This document shows positions 1 to 9,820 of a stretch of DNA of 64,000 bases, piece after piece (position 1 is the first letter of the stretch; each line of letters opens with the position of its first letter). The stretch covers positions 68,272-132,271 of the forward strand of contig JAQXEZ010000016.1 in NCBI GenBank assembly GCA_029250605.1. The letters run 5' to 3'. This DNA comes from Candidatus Thalassarchaeaceae archaeon. Its GTDB lineage: Archaea; Thermoplasmatota; Poseidoniia; Poseidoniales; Thalassarchaeaceae. Made by a program: the position numbers and the translations under genes. The notes beneath the pieces are model-generated. The model was not told where the DNA came from. It did no database searches and saw nothing but the letters and a program-made list of their open reading frames with translations.

Positions 1-3000
1 GCAGATACTGACAATGGAGGGGTCGAGGACGGGCAGGAATATCTAGACGGGACAAACCCTCAAGACAATCCTGATGACGATATCAACCCCCTCGATACTG
101 ATGGTGATGGCATACCGGACATAATCGAGCAGGATATAGGAACTGACTGGCTCGACCCCGATTCCGATGGAGGGGGGATCCCTGATGGCGAAGAATGCCC
201 AGAGGATTTCTGGGTTCTGGACTGCATCGGGTCTCCCGGAGATCCTTTCGACCCCATTGATGACATACAAGAGAACGCACTGATGTTCACTGCCACCAAT
301 AGTTCCGAGGGACTCGATCCAACTGTCAAACACTACTGGAGGTGGCATACCTATGACTTCTACACTGGAGTTTCATGGGGTGTGAATAGCACCCTCGTGG
401 GCAATACCCAAGTTACTCCGGAATTCTCCACAGAACAAGGGGTGGCAGACCAGTCTTTCTGGAATCACTCAGGGCCACTATCCTGGGAGATAATTTTCGA
501 TGAAGCCGGATACATCGGTCCCGGGCAGGAACTAATTCAACCTCACAATGTGGTGAATTACACGGCCTGGGTGGATAGTTCCGCCGGACTAAACTTCTCC
601 AACTACACTCGTGACATAATCGTCGATAGTGCCATCATCGAAGCTCTATACGTCAACGCTCCAGAGGTGATATTATCTGCTGTAATTCGTGAGAATTCGA
701 CAGCATTCGCTGATTCCGATTACGGCAAGGATTTACCTCAAGACTTCATGAACAACTCAGGTTTCGTCGCTAACCTTACTCAGGATATCATAGACCAGTC
801 GGGGGCGATCTCAGCCTGGGAGAAGGTCACTGCTATACAGAATTTCATAGTGAATGGTAATGACACAATCTCTTTCCTAAGGAATCACTACGGTTCGGGC
901 AGGGAAAGCGGTCTTGGAATAGATAGTGATGTTTCTCATTGGATTCTAAATTCATCTAGGGAAGGAGACTGTGATGAGTTTACTTCAGTCTTCGTGACTA
1001 TGCTTAGAATGGCAGGTATACCTGCCCGCAAGGTCACTGGCTTTTCAGGTGGCTCATGGGATGGCAAGGCATTCAAAGTGTACGGTAAAGACTTCTCTAG
1101 ATGGGCCGAGGTTCATCTCCAGACCAATCAGAACCAGGGTGAACTAGATCTTGGTTGGATTCCCTTCGAAGCTTGTCCCCCGATGTCTGAAGTTACGGTT
1201 AATGTGGAGTCTTGGGGGCCAACGTCAGCTGAGAGGAATACAACGACATCAGAACACATCTGGGTCGAGGGGACCTTGGAGTTTGTAGAGAACCAGACTC
1301 TGGTGGATAACATCTCACTCTCAATGTACCTTGTCGAACCCAGTCAATCCGAAGAGGTGCCCGGAAGTGCCGCTATTCTGGAGCACATGGTGGCCATTGT
1401 GACAACGAATGCAAATGGCTCATTCAATCTAACAGGCCTACCTCCCCAAATAATACAACCAGGTTTCGGATCTCTGGTGATCCTCACCGCCGAGATGGGA
1501 TATGTCGGCATCCAAGGAATTTCCATGCCATGGCAAGTCAATATCACAGATGACGTATCCTTGTCTATTACCAGTCCAATCCCCGTAGTCCAACCAATGC
1601 TAGGGATTGGAGTCAACTCGTCAATAACCGGACAACTTTCTTGGGCAAGTTCACCTTTCTTGGATCCTTCAATTGTTGATGACCTGCAGGTCGTTCTGAA
1701 CTACTCTTCGGATGTAGATGGCGAAGTGTCGGTTGTTTCCGGGGTATCCGGAGGGGGATATTACGAGTTCATAGTACCAATCGACGAGACAGAGCCCCTC
1801 GGATTAATGGATGCCGCTATTTCATTCCAGGGTTGGCATTTCGATGATCTGAACAATGCCACCCTCCCATCTTACCACGCGCTTCCAGGTACCCTGCCCT
1901 TCAAGATGAACATCACGCTATCTCCGAATCTAACAGCAGAGATTCAGTCACAAGGACAGAATAACTCGATTCTGGAGATTGGAAGCAATATCTATCTGAA
2001 CGGAACTGTACTCAGTAGAGGCCCATCTCCTACGTCGCTAAATGGTACATTGATTCTAGAGATGCGAAGAGCTGATCTCTCTGGGCCCTTCCAAGAGTTG
2101 ACCACATGGTACCTCAATGATTCCTCATGGGGCTCCACTCCTGGCGATTTCTCAATCGTTTGGCCCTTCTCTGCCTCTGACGTCCCCCTCCCTGCGGGAC
2201 CGGTCGATGTACGTCTGCAGTTCGACTCCGATGACTTGAATTCTAATGACCAAGAACAATTTGTCGATATCTATGGGATACGTAGCTTCGTTGTTTTCGA
2301 TTACGAACTTCCCTTCGCCATCAGGGGTCGAGAGTATGCTGTTGACGTATTATTGGAGGATCACACTGGTTCCTCATTTGCTCCATTTGATGGCGATTAT
2401 ACCTTACTTTTCGATGGAGACCTCGTTTGGAACGAAACCGATCCTGACGCTGGACGGGTAACTCCAACCTTCACTCCATCTTTTGGCATGACCCCGGGGG
2501 ACTATGATTGGAACCTCAGTTATGGTGGCTCCACTTGGCTCAGCCCCAATTTTACATCAGGTGCTCTAAGGGTCCGAGGAATGGGCAATGCATCTGCAAG
2601 CGTCTCTAATGATTGGTCCGTCAGAGGATCGACAAACTGGATCTCTGGATTCGCAAGAGATATGGTGCTGCAGAACCAGATTACTGGAAACAACACCTCC
2701 GTAACTGTGCAGCTTCTGGTGCCCTCGACCCTGCCCCCCACCCCTGGTGGATTTCCAGCAGCCCCCACGATCTACAATATCGCAAATGGTTGGGTGGACG
2801 AAACAACAGGTGCATACAATCTTTCATTCGAGATTCCACCGGGCATTCCTTCCGGCGTATACGAGATTGATGTCGCTTTGAGTTTCTCTGGTAACCCTCC
2901 AGAAGGAGGTAGTTACTACAACGCAGGAGATCCAACAACAATCAGTTTAGGCGTGCAGACGGAGTTTGTAGTCGAGACCGACCCCCAGTCTTCGATAGTT

Positions 3001-6000
3001 ACTGCCGGGGAAGAATTGCTCCTCCAGTCTACTGTAACGGATGTTGAGGACCCATCTGCATCACTGTCTGGGGTGTCTTTGGACCTCTACTTCGACTGGG
3101 GCGGGCCTCTCCAGACAATACTCCAATCTGGAACTACTAACTCTCAAGGAATTGTCTCCTTTGACCCAATCGTCCCATCCACCTCTCCACCTGGATTTTA
3201 TGACATTCGGGTTCACGCCGCTGACGATCTTTCTGATAACCTCACAACCCCCGGTGCGGGAAGATGGCTCGGGAACGAGAGTTTCGTGAATCTAACAGTA
3301 CAGGTTGTCAGCTCAGTTGAGATAACTTCAATTCCTTCCCAAGTTACTGCACTACAATCCTTCAACTTAGTGGGCAATGTGATGGATTCAGTAGATGCCA
3401 ATAGGACCGTAGACGGACCAGTTGGCATCAATGTATTCTTCCTTGACGAACCAGAAGAACTACTAATCAATAATCAAACTACGAATATTACTGGAGCCTT
3501 CAACCTCATAGTTCCAACCGATACCCTAGGAAACGGTGTCCTCAGAGGAGACAGGACCCTAGTCGTTAGCGTAGTCAACGGCTCGACACCATTCTACCTG
3601 ACCGGTAACGGGGATGCATCGATACTAGTGGTGGGGGTTTCCCAATTCGTAGACTCAAATCCGTTTGTGAATACCATTGTGGACCGAGGCGGATCAATCA
3701 CCATTACAACTAGGCTAGTAGAGTTCAGCAACAACGAGAATCCACTTTCAGGCTTCGAAGTGTGGGTTCGTTTCCACGATACTTGGCTCGATCCAGGTGT
3801 AACTGCTGCTGATGGCAGTATTGCCTTCGAATTCGAAGTCCCTCATGACCACCCACTCGGGCTCGTGAATGTCACCTTCGTCTTCAACGGTTCCGTCGAC
3901 CTCCACCAAGCAGTGCTGACCCTGAATACCATCACAGTGAGATCTACAGCTACGATGGTAATAGATCCAATAACTGCGAACCCGCTTCCAGGAGAATTCT
4001 TCAACGTCACAGGCTCTTTGACATCTAGCAACGGATCAGGACTATCTGACAGTTCGGGCAATCCTCTGAATCCAACACTGACATTCTCCATTGACGATGA
4101 ATCCAGTACGTTCATAGTTTCCCAGGTTACATTCAATGCAGATGGAACTTGGTCGGTGGAACTTAGACTCGACTTGTCATTCCCACGAGGACCACATGGG
4201 TTGGATATTTCATTTACACCCCAGGTGACATATTTCTCCTCAGCATCTGGGTTTGCTACCTTCGATAGCAGAGGCTTTTCGGTTCTAACTATAGAAAGCC
4301 CAGATGACCTTGACCCCGACAACAGGACAATCAGGGGTGAAACTTTCGATATCTCTCTCTCCCTGATAGATAACGCGGGCGGGCCTGTAATATCTGCCAC
4401 CATAGTGGTAAGAATTGACAATATCACCGTATGGGGTGGTCTGACTGATTCGAACGGAACCGCTTCAGCATCAATACTGGTTAGGCCAGACAGAGACCCT
4501 GGGCCGATGGTGGTCACAGCAACATTCTCAGGAATCAATGGTACTACCGGCCTTCTTGGTGATGTGTCTTGGACAAGGCTCATCGTACTGGCCCCCACGA
4601 ATCTAGTACTGAAAGAAGCATCCTCCCCCTCCATAGCCGGTGGGTCGGTAACCCTGGTCGGTTCACTTTTGGATGAAAGGGGGCAACTCCTGCAGGCCGA
4701 GGGCAACACCAGCGGCGGCCTGATTCACCTGTACATTGATGGGATTGACGTTGGTCCTGCTTACGCCACTTTCTCCAATGCTACCACGGGACAGTGGTCT
4801 ATCACATACCTAATTCCTTCAGAGATGGACTTCGGGCCCCATACAGCTAGAGTAGATTTCCTAGGTGGATTTTCTTGGGTAGATCCTATGGGCCAAGGCG
4901 ACTCCCTCAATCCAGAATACTACTTGGGTTCCTCTGACACAATGGCATTCAATGTGACCCAACCAACTCAAGTGGTAATTTCCACACCCCCTGGAGAAAT
5001 TGAAAGGACAGAGGTAGCTGTAGTAGAAGGTGTACTGACCGATGGCGTCGGCCGAGCCATCCCAAGTAGAGACCTCGTCATGTCGGTAGACGGGCAGGAA
5101 ATAACATCAATATCGGTAGATGGAAACGGTTCATTCATCGGTTTTGTCCCAATTGCACCAGACATGTCACTGGGCTCGATTGTTATCGGCATAGGGTTCG
5201 CCGGAGAGGATTTCCTACTCCCATCAGAATCATCGGTGGTATTCACTGTCTTTTCCCCGGTTTTCGTCACAATGGATCCAATTGGGCCAATTGCCGTGGG
5301 TGACGCCATGTTGATTTCGGGCACTGCCAAGGATAACTTGGAGGATGGTTGGCTAGGAAGCCAAACAATCGAGATCTTCGTTGATGGTGTGCTGGTGGGA
5401 ATAACTAGTAGCCAGGAGACCGGCATTTGGTCATTGGAGTGGTCGATCCCCGATTCAATGGATATTGGGAACCATTCTATTTCTGCAATTTCTCCAGCTC
5501 AAGGATTCTACAGGCAGGGCATAGTTGAGTCGAATTTCACCGTCTCTTACCACACCTCAATTTCACAGCAGGTCGAACAGACGTATGTGACCAGAGGGGG
5601 GCATTGGAACTTCAGTGGCAGGCTCTTCGAATCTGACACTGGTTTTGAGCAAGGACTTGAGGGAAGGGAGATCTCGGTACTTCTGGATGGGGCTCCTGTC
5701 GAATTGGTAGTCACAGAAGAGGGTGGTTTCTTCTCCTACAGCCATAGGGTGCAATACGCATTGAGCAGAGGTTCTCATAACTTCTCTTTCCTGTTCGGTG
5801 GCGAGTTCCTCTACCTCTCGACAGAAGCCGTGTCGCAGGCATTTGTCCTGTCGGACATCGTAGTCGAGGTACAACCAATCACCAACACGATCATTCGAGG
5901 CGATGCATCTCCATCCAGCTCGATAATGATACAGGGCCTCGTAAGGGAGTTGGGGGGAGAATCCGCAATCTTCGCCAACCTTTCCATGAGCCTAACATGG

Positions 6001-7017
6001 GGTGAATCTGACCTTCCAATCACTTCCGGGCCTTGGGATAATCCGAGTACGATGAACTTCCAGATCAGAGCAAAGGCCCAGGAATTCATGCATCCAGGTG
6101 AGAACATCATCACCATAGTGGTCGATTCCGACCAGTCGAGGTTCCTGAATGGCGTTTCCAAGGAAATCGAGATTCTCGTGATGATAGAGGTTGACTTCGT
6201 ATACTCTGAATTGGACCTCTCAAACGGCCAGAGGGTGATTAGGGGTACCGTAAACGCCACTGCTAGGGACACCGGCGCTCCACTAGAGGGACTTTCCCTA
6301 ACGGCTAGCCTGATGAATGGCAGCATTACTCATTTCACGATCTCTAAGCTAACTGGGGAAGATGGTGTCTTCCAGTACGAATTCAAGTCAATGGCTCCTC
6401 TGCCCGCCTTGTCCGAACAATCGCTTCCACCAGAGGGATGGGGTCTCCTAAGCGTGATGATTGGCTCGGACTCCGAGTTCATCGATCCGGGAAGCCTCTC
6501 TCTGCTGCCCTCTTCGGGCGTCCCCATAACTTACGAGAAACAAGATGGTGACTCCTTATTTGGCAGTACATATGTTGCACTCGGTGCTCTGTTGGTAGCA
6601 GCAATCGCCATCGCAATCGGCGCCATGGCTTTCAATACGAAGAGGAAATCAACAATTAGGGAACTAGCCAAGGTTCTGGGCCAGACCGTGGAGATGCTGG
6701 CATCTGGCGATGAATACCGTCGAGCAATCTTCCTATGCTACGAGAATATGTGTTCAGTCCTAATGCGGCGGGGTTTCCTGCGAAGGAACTTCGAGACAGT
6801 TCGAGAGTTCGAGTACGCAATCAGAGAGGCTCTTCCAATCAGCGAGGCTTCATTGGTTCCCCTGGATCGAATTTTCGAGGAGGCCAGATACTCAAGCCAC
6901 GTCCTTGGAGACACTCATAGGGACAACGCACAACTAGCTCTCTCTTCGGTCATGCAGGAGATTGAGGCGATTCAAGACATTCCATCGAGGGATTTACAGT
7001 TGGAGATTGAGGATTGA
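1..7017 (+). CDS. Giant surface protein, 5'-partial. N-terminal thrombospondin type-3 (TSP3) Ca-binding repeats, long extracellular region, transglutaminase-like core, C-terminal TM helix and DUF4129-like cytoplasmic tail.
   Basis: Frame 1 is open from nt 1. It translates as ADTDNGGVEDGQEY..DTDGDGIPD..DSDGGGIPDGEE before the first Met at 283, so the ORF-track start at 283 is an artefact and the gene runs off the window. TGase-like core: REGDCDEFTSVFVTMLRMAGIPARKVTGF...WAEVHL...LGWIPFEA. TM: YVALGALLVAAIAIAIGAMAF. The tail YRRAIFLCYENMCSVLMRRGF...REFEYAI...FEEARYS resembles DUF4129. Confidence 0.8.
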   Translation, partial: ADTDNGGVEDGQEYLDGTNPQDNPDDDINPLDTDGDGIPDIIEQDIGTDWLDPDSDGGGIPDGEECPEDFWVLDCIGSPGDPFDPIDDIQENALMFTATNSSEGLDPTVKHYWRWHTYDFYTGVSWGVNSTLVGNTQVTPEFSTEQGVADQSFWNHSGPLSWEIIFDEAGYIGPGQELIQPHNVVNYTAWVDSSAGLNFSNYTRDIIVDSAIIEALYVNAPEVILSAVIRENSTAFADSDYGKDLPQDFMNNSGFVANLTQDIIDQSGAISAWEKVTAIQNFIVNGNDTISFLRNHYGSGRESGLGIDSDVSHWILNSSREGDCDEFTSVFVTMLRMAGIPARKVTGFSGGSWDGKAFKVYGKDFSRWAEVHLQTNQNQGELDLGWIPFEACPPMSEVTVNVESWGPTSAERNTTTSEHIWVEGTLEFVENQTLVDNISLSMYLVEPSQSEEVPGSAAILEHMVAIVTTNANGSFNLTGLPPQIIQPGFGSLVILTAEMGYVGIQGISMPWQVNITDDVSLSITSPIPVVQPMLGIGVNSSITGQLSWASSPFLDPSIVDDLQVVLNYSSDVDGEVSVVSGVSGGGYYEFIVPIDETEPLGLMDAAISFQGWHFDDLNNATLPSYHALPGTLPFKMNITLSPNLTAEIQSQGQNNSILEIGSNIYLNGTVLSRGPSPTSLNGTLILEMRRADLSGPFQELTTWYLNDSSWGSTPGDFSIVWPFSASDVPLPAGPVDVRLQFDSDDLNSNDQEQFVDIYGIRSFVVFDYELPFAIRGREYAVDVLLEDHTGSSFAPFDGDYTLLFDGDLVWNETDPDAGRVTPTFTPSFGMTPGDYDWNLSYGGSTWLSPNFTSGALRVRGMGNASASVSNDWSVRGSTNWISGFARDMVLQNQITGNNTSVTVQLLVPSTLPPTPGGFPAAPTIYNIANGWVDETTGAYNLSFEIPPGIPSGVYEIDVALSFSGNPPEGGSYYNAGDPTTISLGVQTEFVVETDPQSSIVTAGEELLLQSTVTDVEDPSASLSGVSLDLYFDWGGPLQTILQSGTTNSQGIVSFDPIVPSTSPPGFYDIRVHAADDLSDNLTTPGAGRWLGNESFVNLTVQVVSSVEITSIPSQVTALQSFNLVGNVMDSVDANRTVDGPVGINVFFLDEPEELLINNQTTNITGAFNLIVPTDTLGNGVLRGDRTLVVSVVNGSTPFYLTGNGDASILVVGVSQFVDSNPFVNTIVDRGGSITITTRLVEFSNNENPLSGFEVWVRFHDTWLDPGVTAADGSIAFEFEVPHDHPLGLVNVTFVFNGSVDLHQAVLTLNTITVRSTATMVIDPITANPLPGEFFNVTGSLTSSNGSGLSDSSGNPLNPTLTFSIDDESSTFIVSQVTFNADGTWSVELRLDLSFPRGPHGLDISFTPQVTYFSSASGFATFDSRGFSVLTIESPDDLDPDNRTIRGETFDISLSLIDNAGGPVISATIVVRIDNITVWGGLTDSNGTASASILVRPDRDPGPMVVTATFSGINGTTGLLGDVSWTRLIVLAPTNLVLKEASSPSIAGGSVTLVGSLLDERGQLLQAEGNTSGGLIHLYIDGIDVGPAYATFSNATTGQWSITYLIPSEMDFGPHTARVDFLGGFSWVDPMGQGDSLNPEYYLGSSDTMAFNVTQPTQVVISTPPGEIERTEVAVVEGVLTDGVGRAIPSRDLVMSVDGQEITSISVDGNGSFIGFVPIAPDMSLGSIVIGIGFAGEDFLLPSESSVVFTVFSPVFVTMDPIGPIAVGDAMLISGTAKDNLEDGWLGSQTIEIFVDGVLVGITSSQETGIWSLEWSIPDSMDIGNHSISAISPAQGFYRQGIVESNFTVSYHTSISQQVEQTYVTRGGHWNFSGRLFESDTGFEQGLEGREISVLLDGAPVELVVTEEGGFFSYSHRVQYALSRGSHNFSFLFGGEFLYLSTEAVSQAFVLSDIVVEVQPITNTIIRGDASPSSSIMIQGLVRELGGESAIFANLSMSLTWGESDLPITSGPWDNPSTMNFQIRAKAQEFMHPGENIITIVVDSDQSRFLNGVSKEIEILVMIEVDFVYSELDLSNGQRVIRGTVNATARDTGAPLEGLSLTASLMNGSITHFTISKLTGEDGVFQYEFKSMAPLPALSEQSLPPEGWGLLSVMIGSDSEFIDPGSLSLLPSSGVPITYEKQDGDSLFGSTYVALGALLVAAIAIAIGAMAFNTKRKSTIRELAKVLGQTVEMLASGDEYRRAIFLCYENMCSVLMRRGFLRRNFETVREFEYAIREALPISEASLVPLDRIFEEARYSSHVLGDTHRDNAQLALSSVMQEIEAIQDIPSRDLQLEIED
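958..1181 (+). other. Transglutaminase-like core segment inside the giant CDS (Cys codon at 970-972)
   Basis: GDCDEF...GIPARKVTGF...RWAEVHL...GWIPFEA matches the PF01841-type pattern G.C..fa...lR..GiPaR.v.G...HaWvEv...GW..fDp. The canonical His and Asp positions look substituted (see findings). Confidence 0.6.
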
Positions 7018-7018
7018 C

Positions 7019-7471
7019 TCAATCCAACTTGATTGCAATGAATTCCCCTTCCCGAATTGCCCCTGAAACGCGCCTCTCCTTCGGTAGCCGGAACGATCTG
7101 ATCATTCCTCCAAACCTCTCTGGGGAAATAACTCTGACAATCTGAGAATCATCGTCGTTCGTTGTGTCGATGGTAAACTCATTCTTGTTGGTAGTTGGCA
7201 AGGGTAGCCTAATCTCAGATTCCGACCATTCTCCCCCGAACTCAGAGACAAACTCACCCAAAGTGGAAACAGACTCGCTTAGGACTCTAGACTCGATTTC
7301 AGAGACTACTGATCCATGCATCTCCATTACTTCGGAGAGGTGGGGCAACTCATTTAGGAATCCTCGATGCATGGACTCTGCATCTGTATCAAGGCCCACT
7401 TTCAGATCGGCCAGACCACCAATTGACTCTATTTCTGCATCAGATTGGACATCAACCCTAGTCCACTCCAT
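7019..7471 (-). CDS. Hypothetical acidic 150-aa protein with a possible divergent Hsp20/alpha-crystallin-like C-terminus
   Basis: ATG start, 40 nt downstream of xpd on the same strand. The C-terminus FTIDT..IVRV....RSFRLPKERRVSGAIREGEFIAIKL loosely follows the Hsp20 pattern (F.R.f.LP..v....i.A....GvL.I.l). Weak call by eye only. Confidence 0.4.
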   Translation of the reverse strand: MEWTRVDVQSDAEIESIGGLADLKVGLDTDAESMHRGFLNELPHLSEVMEMHGSVVSEIESRVLSESVSTLGEFVSEFGGEWSESEIRLPLPTTNKNEFTIDTTNDDDSQIVRVISPERFGGMIRSFRLPKERRVSGAIREGEFIAIKLD

Positions 7472-7511
7472 GCATTGCCCAGTTACCCGACTCGCATGAA
7501 CCCATTGTCGA

Positions 7512-9548
7512 TCAGATCCCGAAGAACGCCTTGACTCGTTCTGCGGTTCTTTCAGGTTTCGATGTCCGCATCTTCTGCATCGCAGGCATACAATCGCTGA
7601 CTCTCCTCTCTAGAAGCCTCTTCTCTAGGAGGATCACAATCGCCCTGTCCTCCTTCTTCCTAATTGGCCTCCCAAGGGCCTGAAGAATACTGTTCACAGC
7701 TGGCTGTAGACTTGCGTACTTCCATGCCCTATTCCTGTCATACTTCTTCGAATAGTACTCTAGCAAGGCATCTTGTTTGGCACTTGGGGGTGGCAAAGGC
7801 AGACCAACGCAAACCAGAGCACTCAGAACATTTTCCGAGTAATCAACCCCCTCGGAAAGCTTCCCACTCAGGACTCCGAAAAGAGCAGATCCTCCCATTT
7901 GCTTATGTTCATAGAGTTTAGAGATCAAACTCTCTACGCCCGACTTACTCATTCGCTGCTCTTCTTTGATAATTTTCTTTCGGCTCCAACTATTCTCAAA
8001 TTCCCCATGAATCTTATCTAGCATAGAATAGCTGGGGGCGAAAATTGCAACATTTCCTTTCGTGTTGTCTATTACCGACTTTACATGGCTAATTATTGAT
8101 GAAAAGCACTCGTCTCTTTCAGTGTACTTACTTGTCACATCACTTGCAATTAGTACTGGCCTATTGCCCAAGGGAAACCCAGAAGAATACTCAATGCATG
8201 AAGAACGACTCCTTGGTATTCCTAGTATCTCTGCGTACATTTCTGGCGGGAATAGCGTTCCAGACATCAGTATGGAACCTAGGCATTGTTCGAAGATTGG
8301 CTCACCAACAACACTCGGATCAAGTAGATGACTGGTCACCCTTGGCTCATCGAGCAGTTCATCGAAGACTAAGGCCAATGCGGAATTTTTTCTATATCTG
8401 ATACAAATTTCCAATATCTCAGCAAGCCTGGTGCAGTCATTCTGTTCATCTTCCCCCGAATCCTCATCTTCTTCGATTACGACTGACAACAATCGTGCAA
8501 TCATCATCCTCAGACGAGATATATCGTCCTCAGGATCTTCTTCTAGAATCTTGCCTATGGCCTTTGAAACAACATCTAGAAAATCCTGAGTGGCCACCCT
8601 TACGTCGTCTCCCTTTGTCTGTTTATTCTCGGCTTTCTTTTCTTCGAACCATTCTCTCAGACCTGCATCATCCCTCAATGCTCTGATTTGCTTCTCCAGA
8701 GATTTCGCTTCTCTAAGCTGATTTGATTCGGGCATCTCCAAATCCACCTCCCTTTTCTCCATGCTCTCTTTGTATTCTTCGACATCAGACAAAGCTCTTT
8801 GGAAAACTCTCTCGGTAACTCTCCTCTCAAGGCCACTCCTAATTCGATCCGGAAGGTTATGTGCCTCATCGACGATGAGAATTGTATTTTCCAAATCTAC
8901 TCCCATAACTGGGAGCGAAGCATCTCTGACGCCCTCTACGAAAACATGGTTGTAGTCGCAGACGATTACCCTAGTGTTTTTTGCCGCCTCTCTCGCGGTT
9001 GCCCATGCGCACACATCCGTCTTCCTGACTCGCTTCAGAATCTGATCAACATGTCGTGGCTCCGAATGGATGAAGTCTTCCAAGTCCGCTCTTAGGAACC
9101 TCCTCTCTGACTCGGTTACTCCTATTTCGCAATTGCATTTCCCCGTGGACCTGTCCACTACTTTGCACATGCCCTCTCTCCCAATGATATCGACTACTTT
9201 CACTCTGGAGAATCCAGATGGCAGCCTCTTGTTGATTTCACGAATTGTATCAACAACAATCCTGTGTTGGGATTGTCTCCCTGTCAGAAATAAAATCTTT
9301 GGAATTTCTGCGTTCTCACTTTGATTCGCAGCATTGAGTGCGGATGCCAATGCTGCCGCAGTCTTGCCAATCCCTGTGGGTGCCGCCGCAAGTAGAAAAC
9401 CCTCATTCTTCAATGAGTCAATACCATCGGAGATCATCCCTATTTGGGACTCTCTAGGAGTCTCATGAGCGAAGAAAAGATTGCTATTGGCCACTCCTTC
9501 ACCAGACATGGAGATGTACTGGGAAATTGACCGTCCATAAGTTTGCAT
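7512..9548 (-). CDS. xpd: XPD/Rad3-family (DinG-like) Fe-S DNA helicase
   Basis: Walker A AAPTGIGKT. DEAH box VDEAHNL. Four Cys between them (MCKVV..GKCNC..DVCAW) as in the XPD 4Fe-4S domain. C-terminal helicase motifs GKLSEGVDY and QALGRPIRK. Confidence 0.9.
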   Translation of the reverse strand: MQTYGRSISQYISMSGEGVANSNLFFAHETPRESQIGMISDGIDSLKNEGFLLAAAPTGIGKTAAALASALNAANQSENAEIPKILFLTGRQSQHRIVVDTIREINKRLPSGFSRVKVVDIIGREGMCKVVDRSTGKCNCEIGVTESERRFLRADLEDFIHSEPRHVDQILKRVRKTDVCAWATAREAAKNTRVIVCDYNHVFVEGVRDASLPVMGVDLENTILIVDEAHNLPDRIRSGLERRVTERVFQRALSDVEEYKESMEKREVDLEMPESNQLREAKSLEKQIRALRDDAGLREWFEEKKAENKQTKGDDVRVATQDFLDVVSKAIGKILEEDPEDDISRLRMMIARLLSVVIEEDEDSGEDEQNDCTRLAEILEICIRYRKNSALALVFDELLDEPRVTSHLLDPSVVGEPIFEQCLGSILMSGTLFPPEMYAEILGIPRSRSSCIEYSSGFPLGNRPVLIASDVTSKYTERDECFSSIISHVKSVIDNTKGNVAIFAPSYSMLDKIHGEFENSWSRKKIIKEEQRMSKSGVESLISKLYEHKQMGGSALFGVLSGKLSEGVDYSENVLSALVCVGLPLPPPSAKQDALLEYYSKKYDRNRAWKYASLQPAVNSILQALGRPIRKKEDRAIVILLEKRLLERRVSDCMPAMQKMRTSKPERTAERVKAFFGI

Positions 9549-9587
9549 CCCAATTCATAGCATTCCTTCTGGGAAGATTCGGGTTGC

Positions 9588-9606
9588 CCCGCACGCGTGG
9601 TGCGGG
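9588..9606 (-). terminator. GC-rich hairpin (7-bp stem CCCGCAC/GTGCGGG, 5-nt loop) between the small ORF and the xpd start
   Basis: Perfect inverted repeat read directly from the sequence. It lies about 20 nt downstream of the stop of the 9626-9820 ORF on the minus strand. Its function as a terminator is speculative, since archaeal terminators are usually oligo-T. Confidence 0.25.
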
Positions 9607-9625
9607 ACGGTGTGTGTGTTGAGTT

Positions 9626-9820
9626 CTAACTCTGATCTGCTTTCCTGGGGATACGAGGGGCTTCGCTGGGGTCATAACCAACTGCGTTGCTAAGCTTCTT
9701 CGCCCTGTCTCTGATGTTCCTCAGTCCGTTGCCAAATCTCCTGGCATCGCTTGATTGGTGGTTGGGGGAGCGGACACGCCGCTCCCCCGAGTTCTCTCTG
9801 TGCATCCCAACTTCGCCCAT
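9626..9820 (-). CDS. Small basic hypothetical protein (64 aa), possibly co-transcribed with the upstream RHH gene. It could alternatively be part of a structured RNA.
   Basis: ATG preceded by the purine-rich tAGGAGagagagat, 12 nt after the RHH stop. The R/K-rich sequence has no family I recognise and contains a perfect 10-bp hairpin. Confidence 0.35.
   Translation of the reverse strand: MGEVGMHRENSGERRVRSPNHQSSDARRFGNGLRNIRDRAKKLSNAVGYDPSEAPRIPRKADQS
9764..9788. repeat. Perfect 10-bp inverted repeat GGGGGAGCGG-acacg-CCGCTCCCCC
   Basis: Read directly. Arms at 9764-9773 and 9779-9788 with a 5-nt loop. Located inside the 64-aa ORF. Confidence 0.9.

Noticed and set aside
3843-4709. 288-aa minus-strand ORF. 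Similar long antisense ORFs lie at 4968-5426, 5811-6326, 23197-23877, 25480-26043, 27613-28107, 29845-30495 and 37602-38216.
   Set aside because: All lie entirely antisense within well-supported giant genes. They have S/P/T/R-rich low-complexity translations and no start or SD context. These are typical shadow ORFs of long open frames.
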